NCBI GenBank assembly: GCA_951406725.2
Contig: OX597819.1
Location: 6,572,001-6,636,000 of the forward strand
Direction: 5' to 3'
Length of the DNA: 64,000 bases
DNA from: Octopus vulgaris
Taxonomy: Eukaryota
Below the pieces are notes generated by a model, which saw nothing but the letters and a program-made list of their open reading frames with translations, was not told where the DNA came from and did not search any database. Of this stretch, positions 15,372 through 31,150 are shown piece after piece (the stretch's first letter is position 1; each line of letters opens with the position of its first letter). The translations under genes were made by a program, and so were the position numbers.

Positions 15372-16435
15372 GTATGTATGTATGTATGTATGTATTCGTA
15401 AAAAATATCATTTAAAACTAAAAGTTTCAATTTCGTTACTCAGAGTTTCAAGTCACACCTTCAACTATACACACACACCTATGTGTATATGTCCGTGTAT
15501 TTAGAAAAGCAGAACTACATAATGAACATATGAGTGTAATTCTTTAGTTATATAAAAATATATGTTAACAAGAAGTTGGTGGCACAGATTTTTTTTATTA
15601 TTATTTATCATTCAGTCCGAGAAAAAGATGCTAATGAAATTTGCTGCACCCATTTAATTTTTGAAGTCAAAATAGTTGAAATTCAGCGTAAATTTTCAAA
15701 TCCTATAGGAAACAAAACAATGGCGGTGGATGAGTTTGTTATGTCCGTGATGCTGAAGAGGAAATATGAACAAGGTGTTTTGTACAGTGTTTTGAAGGGA
15801 GATCTAGAAAGCATAAAGAAATGAGAAGAGGGTCCACAGCGAGAATTTTGAGCAAGGAAGGCCCGTAGCATGTAACTAACATTAGAAAAATAGAAGCCAT
15901 TACAGTAATAAAGATATAACAGACAATGAACAAACACCTGTAGCTAATACCACTCTCAACTCCAGGATGCTTGAGTGTGTATAAACGACTTAGTCTCCCA
16001 AACGGGCAAGCGCACTCTGTACCGCATTAATATCATATACAGAGCCAGTAATTCATTTGGATTTGAATGTTTCCTTCATCTGAACGGAAAGACAATCCCA
16101 TGTGCTGAAAATGTGTTTTCTTCAGTGGTGGCAGTTGCAGGTTGTCCAGACCTTGGACCATTTTAAGGACTCTCCCTTCCCCTTCGAATTTAGGTACCAC
16201 TTTTGCAAAATTTCAAAGCCCTTGCATCACTCCTTCATAATTAGCTTATGAACTTAGCAGCCCACCCTCGTACGGCATGAACTAATTTTTCAAGAGTGGG
16301 AAAGATTCGATGGGTTTCGCACCGACTGCAACATTTAAGAAGAGTTGTGAATGCTTACTTCATCTGGGGCATACATACGATTTATATGGAAGATTAAACA
16401 CACAAACACACACACTCACACACGTATTCGTGCTC

Positions 16436-16789
<354 letters not shown>

Positions 16790-17029
16790 TTTATTTTACT
16801 GGGACACTATCTTTAGCTGAACAAATCGATGCAAGTACTTATTTATTTTTAAGACTAGAACTTATTCTATCGGTTCCTTTTTGACGATATGATAGATTAT
16901 GGGGATGTAAAGAAACCAACACCAGTGGTGCAGGACAGACACAAACACAAAGACACACACTCACACTCAAACAAATACACACACACACATACATAAACAG
17001 AGTGATAGACAAACAGAGACAGATTGGTA

Positions 17030-17075
17030 GATAGCTAGCTAGCTAGCTATCTATCTAGCTAGCTAGCTAGCTAGC

Positions 17076-17150
<75 letters not shown>
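17030..17150. repeat. (AGCT)n/(AGAT)n tetranucleotide array
   Basis: Direct inspection. Confidence 0.95.
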
Positions 17151-17710
17151 GCACAAAATATACTAAAGTTTGAAGTCTCTTCAAGGTTATCACAATAATA
17201 TTTTCTGTGTCATTCTCTTAAATGCTTGACCCCATTCCAAGGCAAGATATGAATATACTTCCGTAAATTTGTGCAATGTATAAATATTTTTGAATGAATT
17301 ACGAAGTGTATATTCCGGTAAATTTAGGTGACAAGACGCTCTTATTTCTCATGTTGTAATTGCTGCAATCATCAGGAATACTACTTATCAAACATTCCAG
17401 CAGTAACCATCTCTACTATAGATATCAGCTCTAACCATACCTAATGTGTCCTAGCGAGATGAATGTGGTGTGATTTGAAGAAAATTTGGCTACTGTTTCT
17501 AGCTTGTCAAGTGACTACATAGAAACTACCCAGTTGGTCTATCCTCAAGTACTTTTGTCATGTGATATGTCATCTTTCTTTTGGTTGTACGACACGGTGC
17601 GTCGCCATGTTGTCATGATCTTTTCCTTAAACCGGAGTTCTCTGATCTTCCAGAAGATCCTTACATCTCGTTTTTTTCCGTTTCCTGTTCATTTCCTTTG
17701 CTTCCTGAAT

Positions 17711-17755
<45 letters not shown>

Positions 17756-18252
17756 GGCGCGCACACACGCATGTACATCTTACCTGCTAGCATTAACTTC
17801 TATATAGCTATACATATGTTGAATTTAATCCAGTGTGACTTGAGTGTGCTGGCCATAGATAAAGTACCCTATCGACTGGAAAGTTTAATACCCTATCGTC
17901 TTGGTCGACTGCAACTCCTTTCTGCCTCAGTAATATTTTAGTTAAAATGTTATCTACCTAGTATATTTCGTAGAATATAGCAGGAAGTTTCCATTATCGA
18001 GTATTAAAAAAAACTTGTGTGTTGCCTTTCGCCTTCTTTCCTTCTTGTTGTAGATGCATTTTGAACGGATTCAAATATTACACATGCTATTACCGTAAAT
18101 ATATGTAATACATTTGCGTATTGCGCATGCGAGAGCTGGTGGAGAAACGGAAAAGGAACTTTTAGGCTCTATTTTTCTTGGACTAGTAAATTTGTTTTAC
18201 CGTTGCTGATTTTGATATTATTATTATTGTTTTTTACAACTACTACTACCAC

Positions 18253-18323
<71 letters not shown>

Positions 18324-18630
18324 TTTACTGTTTAACATTTGGCTGTAGTGATTCACTTGTCGGATTGCTATAGATCACGTTTAATGCATCGCTGCTTCAG
18401 AACAATATCTTTGCAGAAATGTTAAATCTGTTTCTTTTCCTTCCTTGTTTCTTTCTGCATTTCCTTTTTAAAATGCTGTTTTTATGTTGTTTTTTTTTTT
18501 TACTAATACCACAGCTGTAGTTTTGATTTTTTTTTTTTTTTTTTTTTTGTAAATTTTGATAAGTATTAGTAGCAGAAATAATGATGATGTTGATGATGAG
18601 GAGGAGGAAGTGGATTTCTTTTACAACGAC

Positions 18631-18933
<303 letters not shown>

Positions 18934-18997
18934 ATGATGCTATCTGTAATGACTTCAACCGTTATTTTCCAAATGTTTTGTTTTCTCTTCCTCACAG

Positions 18998-19094
18998 TAA
19001 CGTCATACATCTCAGTGACGTATTCAACGTCAATACTGATAAGTGTGATTTAAAAAGACAATCGTTGGGCACCTGTATTCCATTCAATTGCTAG
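18998..19094 (+). CDS. Candidate terminal coding exon (NVIHLSDVFNVNTDKCDLKRQSLGTCIPFNC*)
   Basis: Strong acceptor ttttgttttctcttcctcacAG ending at 18997; open in the phase-2 frame required by exon 11420-11541; TAG at 19092-19094. Confidence 0.4.
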
Positions 19095-19419
19095 CTTGAA
19101 AGAAAGATCACTTCGCTATAATGGTTTTTGTATTGATCCAAGTTGATTTCTCTGAGAGAGATTGTTCGTGCTAGTGTTATTATTTTAAACTATGCGGTTT
19201 CCATTTTAACCTAGATATATTCTAAAAGTTGCAAACGGCAGAATCTATAGACTGAGACATACTCACCAAATTTAATTCAAAAGCTAAAACATGCAGTGGT
19301 CAAGCATTTCTTTTAATCATTTACTAAAATTTCTATTCAATCATTTTGATTACTTAACACAAGTTATATTATGCGTGGTTATATATGTGCGTGTGGCAAT
19401 GACTATGCATACATACATC

Positions 19420-19752
19420 TGTGGCTGTAAGGTAAGTAGCTTGCTTCCCAACAACATTGTTCCGGGTTCAGTTCCACAGCATGGAAACTTAGGCAAGTGT
19501 CTTCTACTATAGCCTCAGGCCGACCAAATCCTTGCGAGTCGATTTCGTTGACGGAAACTGGAAGATGCCAATGTGTGTGTGTTTGTTTGTCCCCGCCCTG
19601 TCATCGCTTGACAACCGATGCTGGTGTGTTTACGTTCTTGTGATTTAGCGGTTTGACAAAATAGACCGATTGAATTTACAAACAATAAGTCCTGGGGTCC
19701 ATTTGTTCCTGCATGGCCGCACTCAAATGACTGGAACGAGTAAAATAAAAGA
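19420..19752 (+). mobile_element. SINE family A (diverged)
   Basis: Matches the family A head, body and tail. Confidence 0.8.
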
Positions 19753-19901
19753 ACACATGTTTTTATGGTTTTTTTTTACTAATACCACAACTGTAGTTTT
19801 GATTTTTATTAATTGTAAATTTTGATAAGTATTAGTAGCAGAAATAATTATGATGTTGATGTATATACATACACAAACACAAACACACACACGCGCGCAC
19901 G

Positions 19902-19980
<79 letters not shown>

Positions 19981-19982
<2 letters not shown>

Positions 19983-20425
19983 CGGAATGGTCATATTGCC
20001 AGTTTAGCCAATAAAAACACACGCTCTATATATTTGGTGTTATTTTGCTTCAGTGATATTTATTTTTTACATTAATCTTAATCTTATTTCGGCCAAAGTT
20101 CTTTCGTCACACTCCTGTGACCGCATCAGTGGTCCTTTGTTTTCTTCTCACTTACTTGTGTCTCTCCTTACTAACCGTCAGCCATTTTGTATTTCTATTG
20201 TATGTCTTCATTTGCGCATGCTTATATCACTATGTGCGTCTATGTTTATTTAGTGTGAAAATTTGCATTTAAGTCTGTTTTTTATTTAAATTTTCATATG
20301 TCCTGCCCGCCAAATTTGGTTCTGGTGTTCGCTGAATTCTTCCTCTAGAGAACTTCCATTGTAGTTTGACCGTTGATGGTCTTCTTCTAGCATTCGGCCG
20401 GTTACCTAGCAGGCCAGCCCTGCCA
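19981..20425 (-). mobile_element. Penelope pseudo-LTR fragment with hammerhead motif at 20091-20135
   Basis: Reverse complement matches 31007-31150: GGACCA-CTGATGC-g-GTCACA ggag TGTGAC-GAAA-GAACTT-TGGCC and the same downstream tail; A9 mutated. Confidence 0.75.
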
Positions 20426-20489
<64 letters not shown>

Positions 20490-20673
20490 TAAATTAATTG
20501 GGTGGCTTATTAGCAATTAGAACCTGAAGGCAAAATTAATAGAGGTCAAAAAATTGACGGAGGGTACTGATCAGCACCGGCTGTTTCTAGAAACAAGAGT
20601 TAAAATAACTCAAAAGCCACAAAGCACTGTACTTAATGACTGACTAAAGAGAGGTAAGTTCCCAGTGTATATA

Positions 20674-20730
20674 GCCCGATCGAACGATTTCGGATTTTGA
20701 TGCACAGCATCTTAATCCTCGTCACCGAGT
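20674..20730 (-). ncRNA. Degenerate hammerhead motif
   Basis: GTGACGA (C3>G)-GGATT aa GATGC tgt GCATC aa AATCC-GAAA-TCG tt CGA-TC; helix I poor. Confidence 0.55.
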
Positions 20731-21439
20731 TTTGAAGCCTAGGGTTAAACTCAACTACTTCTGTCAATCTTATAATGTGTGCATGTACGTATGTACGTAT
20801 ATATGTATTCATGCACACAGCTGCAAATATACGCATAAACATACATAGAATCATTCATTCGGACACATTAATAGAGCGGGTGCACGTGCATACACACGTG
20901 TGTGTACACCATATCTATTTCTTTTTTTCATATACAAAGACTTCAACATTTTGGCTCGAGATAACTGCATTAATATATACATCTTATGAGAATAGCATCT
21001 AGATTTCCCCTAGGGGCAAATATACATATATACAGATGTGTGTGTGTGTGTGTATACATATATGCAGAGAGAGAGAGTGAGAGAGAGAGAGAGAAGGGGG
21101 AATATATATATACACGTATACATACATATAGATGCATATTTATATATCAACATCTGATATGTGTGTATGTCTATATACACAACTATCATGTATATATTTC
21201 ATTCAGGAGTATGAAATGGGTGATGAAATTATTTTAGCTATTTTTCTGACGTATTTAAATTTTATGTGAGTAATATGAAACATTCTTTTTGACACGTTAA
21301 ATCAATAGACACGAATATTAGAAGAGCGCCTGTGTACATTTGTATCTGCATGTGTATCTGTTCCTGTTCATGTCTCTCATTTTTATGAAGACACTTTGTC
21401 TATCTCTTTTTTTCTCTGTTTGTCCATATGAATGTCCGC

Positions 21440-21930
21440 ACGAGGTGCATTCCGACTCTTTCAGGAGAGAAACTTATTAAATTCAAAGACGTTCAAAACT
21501 CTTATCTTCGAAATAGGATTGTCTCACTGCAGTGCACTTGGTACATTGCTCCAGTGAATTCCTGAATGTTCGCGGATGTCCTCCTAAGTGAAGGTGTCCA
21601 GGAACCTAACGGCCCCCTGAGGTTCTCTTTCAAATTGAGGAACAAACAAAAGTTACAAGGAGCAAGGGTTTTACTATAGTGAAAACGAGTAACAGTTTTG
21701 ATACCCATCTCTGTCAAGTATCCCAGGCACAAACTTGGCACGAGTTTTGCGCTTGCTCAGGTCATAATGAATAATTCTGTATGGAATTGTTACATCAATT
21801 CCAAACAGTGTGTTTATTGTCTTTGTGGATACTCAACGGTACTAATCCACAAAACGGCGAATTTTCCCAGGCAACTTGGATATTCTGACGTTCCCCGCCC
21901 TCCTTGTTATGGTTTCTCACTCCCTCTCTA
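21440..21930 (-). mobile_element. Internally deleted mariner/Tc1 relic
   Basis: [36 protein letters not shown] is a degenerate HPPYSPDLAPCDFxLFPKLK motif. Confidence 0.7.
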
Positions 21931-21931
21931 C

Positions 21932-22338
<407 letters not shown>

Positions 22339-22380
22339 ATATAGATATATATATATATATATATGGCATATTTGGCATAT

Positions 22381-22671
22381 GGGTTCAATTCCAGTGCGTA
22401 GAACCATGGGCAAGTGTCTTCTACTATAGCCTCCGACCGACCAAAACTTGTGAGTGGATTTGGTAGACGGAAACTGAAAGACGACCATCGTATGAGTCTG
22501 TGTGTACGTTTGCCCCCTTCCAATTGCTTCAGAAACGGTGAAAAAAGAGAACGATAAGATAAGTAACAGGCTTTAGAAAACAAAGTCCGGGGTCAATTCG
22601 GTCGACTAAAATTCTTTAAGTTGCTAACCCAGCATAGCCGCAGTCTAATGACTGAAGCAAAAGATAAAAGA
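22381..22671 (+). mobile_element. SINE family A (diverged, 5' truncated)
   Basis: gggcaagtgtcttctactatagcc...gactgaagcaaaagataaaaga. Confidence 0.75.
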
Positions 22672-23951
22672 TATATTTGAATGATGAAAGGTAATTTTCC
22701 ACCATCATGTTAATGGATGGGGCATAATGCCCTAAATTTCAATACAACATTGAAAGAAAATGATAAAAGCGAATCTAATCACAACTGAGAAACTCACAAA
22801 TAATTTTTTTTTAAAGAAAAGAAAATTTTTTTTTTTCTTTAAAAAAAAATTATTTGAAGTAAAGATGCGTAAAATGAAGTTTATTGTAATTGTTATTGTT
22901 TGAAATTCTAATTTATTTTCTTCATTGTTTTGTTTTAATTTCGCTCGATTTTACAAAAAAGAAATAAAACTTTAATTACACAATTCCAAGAATTCCATAG
23001 GGATATGTAAAGAACAAAAACAAGGAAAAGAAATTATATAAAATATTTTGATCACAGAGAAAAAAAAACTTATTAAAGGACATATAACGAATTTCAAAGT
23101 ATCCATAATTATTTTCAAATGAATGATACTAGAAGAGAGATTTGCAATCATAAGAATTCTTTTCTCTGTTATTTTTCCTAGTGGATTCATATAGTTGAAC
23201 GATTTCTTTAAGATGTAATTGAATTTCTTTTGTATTTAGATGAAAAAGTTGTTCTTGCACAAATTCTTTACAAAAAAATAAGTATATATTATTTTTCTTC
23301 TATTGTAAAAGTGAAAACAAAGGAGATGTTTATATTTTCCTGTGATTTCTTATAAACTGCTCTAACTTCGCTTAGTTTTCAAGTAAACTTGTATTTTTTT
23401 TTTATTAGTCATTGCTTGTACTTCTTGTTGGTCGTTGTTTATTATATTGGTTGTTCTAGGTAGCTACATGTACGGTATTCATTGCGTGCAAATAAGGCTC
23501 TTTGTTGCATGTGATACCCAGGGACGTCTAACCATAGAATCAGAACAGAATTCTGGAGTGTGTACTATTTTGTTCTCACTACAAACAAATATAACAAATG
23601 CGTTTCATTAAGTAACGGTATATTTCACTGATGATCAGGATAATGACGACGATGATGACGGTGGCTGCGGTGGCATGGCGCTGGTGACGATACCGATGAC
23701 GATGAAAAGGAGAACAAAGTAATTTGTGCTGGATACATGTTTCCAAAAGCCCTGTAGTATAATATTTATCCAGATCTTTGCTTCTACTTTTAGTCTTTAT
23801 AATCAGTCGTCGCTTACAAAGACGATTCATGGTTTTATTTTCAGCCGTATAAGTCAACGATGGGACAAATATTTCCCTGAAAAGAACGCTAGTCTAATGC
23901 AAGTCTCCAGCTGAGAAAACTTAGCGTTTTCATCTAGCATTCAGAAATATA

Positions 23952-24344
23952 TCTTTATATATAAAAGAGAGGTTGTGTGCTGTCTGTCTCCTACGATTTA
24001 GATTCCTAACTACTCCCACATTTTGCGGTGCAGTTTAACCAAAACCGGATATCTTATAGTCGTGATTCATATCGAGCCCTTCTGGGTATTAGCGCGCGTC
24101 TACGATGAGTCTACGATTTAAAAAAATTTACCATCAATTTTTCACATTTTTAATGCATTTTTGGCATATATAAGGGAAGTAACTCACTAAAAATTTATTA
24201 TTAAATCTCAGAACGTAAAAAGCTACAGTAACACCCCCCTTTGTGGTTAGCCATATTGAGATGGCTATTATACTTTACATCTCTAATAATGCTTATATAG
24301 TTATTTCCCTTACAAACCCGAGCAACGCCGGGCGATACTGCTAG
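23952..24344 (+). mobile_element. Non-autonomous Helitron family H
   Basis: A|TC start, CCCG-agcaacgc-CGGG hairpin, CTAG|T end. Confidence 0.85.
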
Positions 24345-24474
24345 TTTTCTATATATTCAAGAAATGTATTTTTCATTCTATTTATATTTAATGAGGAATA
24401 GGTAATATTTCTTATCTGACATTATTGAAAATGCTGTCTTTATACACTTAAAACTAAATTTATTTAACATTCAG

Positions 24475-24888
24475 GGGGCATAGGAGTGGCTTGCTAACCG
24501 AACACATGTTTCCGGGTTCAGTCCCACTGCGTGGCATCTTGGGCAAGTGTATTCTGCTATAGCCCCGGGCCGACCAATGCCTTGTGAGTGGATTTGGTAG
24601 ACGGAAACTGAAAGAAGCCTGTTGTATATATGTATATACATATATATATATGTGTGTGTGTATGTATGTATGTATGTATGTATGTGTGTGTTTGTCCCCC
24701 TAGCATTGCTTGACAACCGATGCTAGTGTGTTTACGTCCACGTCACTTAGCGGTTCGGCAAAAAGAGACCGATAGAATAAGTACTGGGCTTACAAAGAAT
24801 AAGTCCCGGGGTCGATTTGCTCGACTAAAGGCTTTGCTCCAGCATGGCCGCAGTCAAATGACTGCAACAAGTAAAAGAGTAAAAGAGT
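24475..24888 (+). mobile_element. SINE family A
   Basis: Full-length match to the family A consensus. Confidence 0.85.
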
Positions 24889-25599
24889 ATTCATGTTTCT
24901 TCTATATCTATAGCCATAAACAGTTTCTATATTCTCAACAGTCAAATAATTGTTATACTAAAGTAGTCTTTTCAGTCTCTTGTCTTTTATTATACGTCAA
25001 AGAGGAAGTGTGCCGGAGTAGCAGAGAAAGGAGAAAAGAAACATGTAGATTCACGTATGACTTTAGGGATAGATAGCGAGTGGGGTGTGGGTAGCAATTA
25101 TAGAAATAATTTTGGATTTTTCAATTCATTTTTCTTCATCATCGAAGCTCAAAGCGATCAGTCAGCGTTTAAAGTTTTATGTGACATTGAAATTATTCCA
25201 TTTTTATCGCTTTCACTTGGTGTCAATTACTTGATGTATTTGCGAGTTACGGAAAAAAGCTAGCTGGAAACCCACGCGCATATTTTTTTTTTCACGTGGA
25301 TTAATATAAATATCTATATATTTATATTCATGTGGATTGATAATGACGTGTCTCTAATTAAAGCAGATCCGCACTAGCTAAAATATATACGCTTTTAAGA
25401 AAAACAAATACTCACACATTCATGCATAGACATATGTAATTGTGTTTGTATAATGTAATTGTATCTGTTTTGTTGATGTTTGTCCAACTATGCAATAATA
25501 TTGAGACCTACTTCTACTGAAACGAAACTCTGTTGAACTGAACTCTGAGAAAAGTTTTGTTAAACCGATCAAACATTGCCATCTGAGATTTCTCTTGCA

Positions 25600-26060
25600 T
25601 TTCAGGGCTTCTATCTAAGCATCTTTTTCTGCTTATTCCAAAACAGATAACTACTTATTTCTAATAGCCTCAAAACTAAATGGAAGACAATTTATAACAC
25701 TTGTTCGTGGTTTCTTGTATAACGATGATTGCGACTTAGTGACTCGCTCGAAGTAACATATTCGGAAAATAACGAACAGTGTCTACTTTGCTTACAAAAA
25801 CCTGAAGTATCAGATGGATAGTTTGGCTATGCCATCCATCTTGACGATTTCAAACTTCGGAAGCAATCACCTAATGAGCAATTAGTTCTAAATAAATGTA
25901 CCCATCGCAAACCAAAATCTAGATTTTATACTGTCACAAAAAGATTGTTTCAAGTCTTTGAAAATTAGCGTTGTTAATTGGAAACATCTCGTAATGAACT
26001 GAAGTAAATGGCAGTCTGTAATTATGCAAAACATCCAGCAAGATGAGAAAACAATCGAAT
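25600..26060 (+). mobile_element. Highly degenerate RTE-clade LINE fragment
   Basis: TLVRGFLYNDDCDLVTRS (YADD box relic) and LKISVVNWKHLVMN*SKWQ, similar to 54710-56165. Confidence 0.55.
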
Positions 26061-27731
26061 TATCCACGACTAGAAAGTGAAACGGAACACCCAAAATTTA
26101 CAGCTGTGGAAATTTTGAATGATGGGGAGTGTAAAGATAACCTATGCCTTTGAAGTGAAACCGGGTGGAAGCTTGCCGATATATTCTACTTGTAATCCAA
26201 AGGTACTACCATGTTAGACTGTGATACGCTAATTCTACTTCAGAATTACATCAAGTTTACACGTGATTGAAGAAAACTCATCCACTTACTTCCTAATTTG
26301 ACAATCCTGGCAGATCAGTTGACTGAGCAATAGAAAACTCATGGTCATGTCATCCATTAAAGATTACATAATAGAAGACGACGACTCAGGTTGTTTCTAC
26401 ACATACAACTCCGCAGCCATATTATGGAAATATTGTCCTTTATATTTAATGGTGTCCGTATTAACTGCCAGGCTGAAAATATATTTTAGACAAATGCAGA
26501 ATGGCAGTTTCCTGTTGTTAAGATCTATCACAAAATACAGTGCTATATAGGTCACAAAACATTTTAAAATGTCAGCGTTTGCAGTAGGAAAGTGCTTATG
26601 CCCGAGATCCAATTTCGCCCACCCTATATATGTGTGTGTGCATATATGTTTGTATGAGTGGATGTATTTATGTAAATATGTAACGAATATATGCACCTAC
26701 ATCTGTGTTTGTATAGTTGTGTACATGTGTGAATTTACGTTCATATGTATGTATGTGTACGTACAGGTTTGTACAAGGTAACATACACCAACATAAACCT
26801 ATAAAACAAAGTCAAATTAGCTTTGATCAAACTTGTAATCACATTTTCAATATCATCCTCGGAATCAGTGAATATAACAATATTTTATGCTATTGATTGA
26901 TTCCATATTTATTCTGTTTATGCCTTTGGTTCTCTTTGAGTAGGAAACCAGCATCTTTCCAGCATGATACTTAGAGTCTTTTGATAACACTTTTATTATG
27001 TTTACCTAACCAACACCTTCCTCTAGGCGAACCAAACTTCATAGAAAGCTCTGATTTCGGCTAGCTATGGGAGCATGCTGTTAGAAGAAGCAATTCATGA
27101 AATTGGGAAAGCCAATCAAATGTGTTAAATTAAGGTTCCGACAGGATTCACATATTTTGTCTGGTGCGGATGCCAAGTTTTGATCATGAATAGTTGCTAA
27201 CAAGTATCAGTGTACATTTGCCAAATAAAATTTTCTACAGAAATTCAAACCCAATTATTTCCTCGTTGCGAACCCAACTGTTTAACAAACCGTAATTAGA
27301 ATTGACAGAATACGTCAAGGAAAACAGAAGCATAAAACTATCAATTGATTGATTATCAAACATAATAGAATGTAAAGTGATCCATATTAGAGTTTGGCAA
27401 ATATTCTATTACCTCGATTTCTTCATTTTGTGGCATTTTCTTAGCTTCTTGCTTGGTAAAGCAAAGCAAGAATTAAGAGTTATTATTATTTCCCAAACGA
27501 AGATTAGAGTAACGTTGATATGATGGAGAATACTTTACCTCATTGGATTGTAGGTGTACCACTGAATCTTCGTTTCCATATATTTGAAGAAAAAAACAAG
27601 CTTGGCGCAGCTTATCCGTCTATAGACTATACCAGCGCTGGATATAAACTCAGCATGGTAAACTAACTGTATACACGTTGCCTAACAGGAGTTGTTCCTA
27701 TGAATAATATTTATTTATACCTAGTTATATA

Positions 27732-27902
27732 GGCGCAGGAGTGGCTGTGTGGTAAGTAGCTTGTTTACCAGCCACATGGTTCCGGGTTCAGTCCCACTGC
27801 GTGGCACCTTCGGCAAGTGTCTTCTTCTATAGCCTCGGGCCGACCAAAGCCTTGTGAGTGGATTTGGTTGACGGAAACTGAAAGAAGCCCGTCGTATATA
27901 TG

Positions 27903-27945
<43 letters not shown>

Positions 27946-28132
27946 GTGCTTGTCCCCCTAGCATTGCTTGACAACCGATGCTGGTGTGTCTATGTCCCCG
28001 TCACTTAGCGGTTCGGTAGAATAAGTACTGGGCTTACAAAGAATAAGTCCCAGGCTCGAGTTGCTCGATTAAAGGCGGTGCTCCAGCATGGCCACAGTCA
28101 AATGACTGAAACAAATAAAAGAGTAAAAGAGT
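27732..28132 (+). mobile_element. SINE family A (near full length)
   Basis: ggcgcaggagtggctgtgtggtaag...gagtaaaagag. Confidence 0.9.
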
Positions 28133-29479
28133 TGTTCTGGGATTTGTGAGAATTATTTGTCTTCACTACTGACAGTACTCTGTAACATAAGATTGTAAGA
28201 ATTACCGAGATTTCACTTGGGGGTAATGTACACGTTTAAAAGTCGAGGTTCGAAGAAAGACTATTTCGCAGTTAAAATACTGTACTTTTTAACATGAAAA
28301 TATTGTTGCTTTTATAGAAGGTAATACCATATCGTGTATTTTTGCTTCTCTGAAAAACATTGGACTGAACTAGCAATTTTTTTGCTTGTTCGTGTGAATA
28401 AGATTGTGTAATTGTGATATTATGTAAATGTATATGTTTATATTTTTTTGAAAGATAGGGACCAGAGCAAGAGGTAAATTGACTGCAAACCGAATTCATG
28501 AGAGGATTGCAACGAAATAAAAGTATCACCAGAGATCATGGAAACTGGACTTCATCAATCGTTATGATGCATTAAATGTGAGCATCAGTGCCAGATGAGT
28601 TTTATATCACACCCAGGAGAAAGTACATGTATACATACATACATGCATACATAAATACACACAAACAAACGCACTCATGAGTATGTTAATCGTTAAGTAT
28701 GTGTAAATATAAACGTGGCTTGTTGACATACGGTTTTGTATTCTTGAATACTGAGATTATCTCCCCTCCTGAAGTAAAGCTGGTCTTAATTGTTATTTTG
28801 TAATTATTGATACATACTCTAGAAGCGGAGATAATATAAATAAATCAAGACTTTATGTTGTATGAGGTTTCATGTATTTCAATTTTCTTATGTTGTCTAA
28901 ATACATTGCACTGGCCACTTTGAATCATTTCTTTTAGCTCATTTATGTTTAAATTATGCAAATTACCTTCGCCATTAAGTGTCTTCTACTACTTTCTGTA
29001 TAAATCTAAGACGTTTGGATATTAAGGAAACATTGGAAAATTGTCGTGCTCCTGAGCCAAAAACACTTGCCCAAATCTGTTTTCTTACCTTCAGGGGCAT
29101 ACCGACTAGAGAGAATTCTTGAATTATTTCCCATTCTCAAGTAGAGCTGGTCTTAATTACCATTTGGTAATTATGTTAAGCCCTCTACAGACGGAGATAA
29201 TTTTGACTAAGAGTTTACTTTATGTTGTAGGGTATTCTTATATCTGTACAATTACATCTATGGCTAGAGAAATGGACCAGAGCCATATTGATCCCCGAAA
29301 ACCAATATCCAGTAACGATCACATATGCACTAGTAGCTAGATTTAGAGTTACCTAAAAGGTCACACGTTTAAGTTTAGCAACAAAATATACGCCCAGGAT
29401 GAGGGGGCGGTCATTAGGATTAGCGTCGCTGGTGATGTGACCAATGATTTCATGGTATGGTGGGACAGGAGGCTTAAAG

Positions 29480-31150
29480 AACGCCTGACACAGAACTCCG
29501 TACTCATGAGTATGTACTCTCGCTATGTCGATGATTTCAGCATCCCCACAAAAGAGTACTCTCGAAATAGAAATAGAAACTAATCCTATGGAGAGCATCC
29601 AGCAAATACCTAACTCCATTCACCAGAGTATTAAAGTCACGATAGACTAGCCTACGAAACACCATAACCATAGACTACCAGTACTAGATACAGAACTCTG
29701 ACTGAAAACTAGGAATAATAAAACGCAAATCCTCCATTCAAACTACACCAAACCTATGGCTTCCAAATACCTGATCCACTGGAACTCAGCTATCGTGTAC
29801 AATGCCTAGTTCAATATATTGATGGTATACCTCATCAGAGTAATGAGAAATGTGTCTCGCATGTGCGACCCTACAGAGTTAAAGAGACACATACAACACT
29901 TCGTTCACCGCATGCAGTTCTCAGGATACAGCCATAGTGAAAGGATCAGAGTATACAAAGGAGCCATGAGGAAATTTGAAACTATCATACGTAATGATAG
30001 GATTTGCCCACTCTATAGGAGCAAGTCATGGAATACCATTGAAAGGACTAAGAAGAAAATAGGGAAGGCCAACTCATGGTATGATAGCCACAAATACCAG
30101 AGTGTCATGTTCGTAGACACCACTCCTAGAGGCGAAATGGCGTACTGTATTAGAAGTGCCTTAGATAAGCATAAGCTAAGAATTAAGGTTGTAGAAAGGT
30201 TAGGTAACCCTATCAAATCCCTAATCGGTAGAACCTACATTTTTAGTAGAACCCCTGAACGGATAGGAACTGTATTGTATGTAGATTCAGCCCACAAACA
30301 AACTGTAAAGTTAGGAATGTAGTCTATAGTATAAAATGTACAGAGCGAAGGTGCAGAAACAAGACAACGACGTACGTAGGGGAGACAGTACGGAGCATAG
30401 GAGAACGGGTAAATGTACATTGGAGGGAACTTAAGGAAGAGAAGAGCTCATCGGTTCTATACGAGCACGCTGAGTGGGAACAGGAGGTCTCACTCAACAA
30501 CATAGAAGTTAAAATCTTGTCCACACATAGAACAGACGCAACGCTTAGACAAATTACGGAAGCTACACACATAATAGATGAACCTAGCCTAAATAGAAAA
30601 CTAGAATGGAACAGAAGCATACTCCACACACACACCACAACCTATGACAGAACAAGATCCCCATAGACTAATGATAATCTGAAACTAATACAATAGACAG
30701 ATAAATGAATGGAATTAAATAATTACATACATAAACAAAATATAATAAATTAAATTAATACAAACAAGAAAGAAATGAAAAATTAAGTAGATAAAACAAA
30801 TTATTAAGATGAATAAAAGTAAATTAAGCGAACGTATATAAACAGGGGGTACTAATAATGCAGGTACCATACACATTCCCACACACACACTTACTAAACA
30901 TTGACACACAGGGATATACGCATGCGCAAATAAAGGCACATGCAACTGGAATACAAAATGGCAGATTGCTCGTTAAGAGTGAGACAAAAATAAAGAACAA
31001 AGCAAAGGACCACTGATGAAGTCACAGAAGTGTGACGAAAGAACTCTGGCCGAAATACAATTAATATAAAATACAGCTGAAGCAAGTGAACACCAAATAT
31101 ATAGTGCGTGTGTTTTCATTGGCTAAACTGGCAACATGACCATCCCCAAC
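29480..31150 (+). mobile_element. 5'-truncated Penelope-like element: RT C-terminus, GIY-YIG endonuclease and 3' pLTR with hammerhead
   Basis: RLPVLDTEL..YTKPMASKYLIHWNSA; ORF 29819-30322; VVYSIKC...YVGETVRSIGER...LRQITEA...LNRKLEW (GIY-YIG); stops and frameshifts. Confidence 0.85.
31007..31051 (+). ncRNA. Minimal type-I hammerhead ribozyme (Penelope pLTR)
   Basis: GGACCA-CTGATGA-a-GTCACA gaag TGTGAC-GAAA-G aa C-TC-TGGCC; intact core with one extra nt after A9. Confidence 0.7.
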
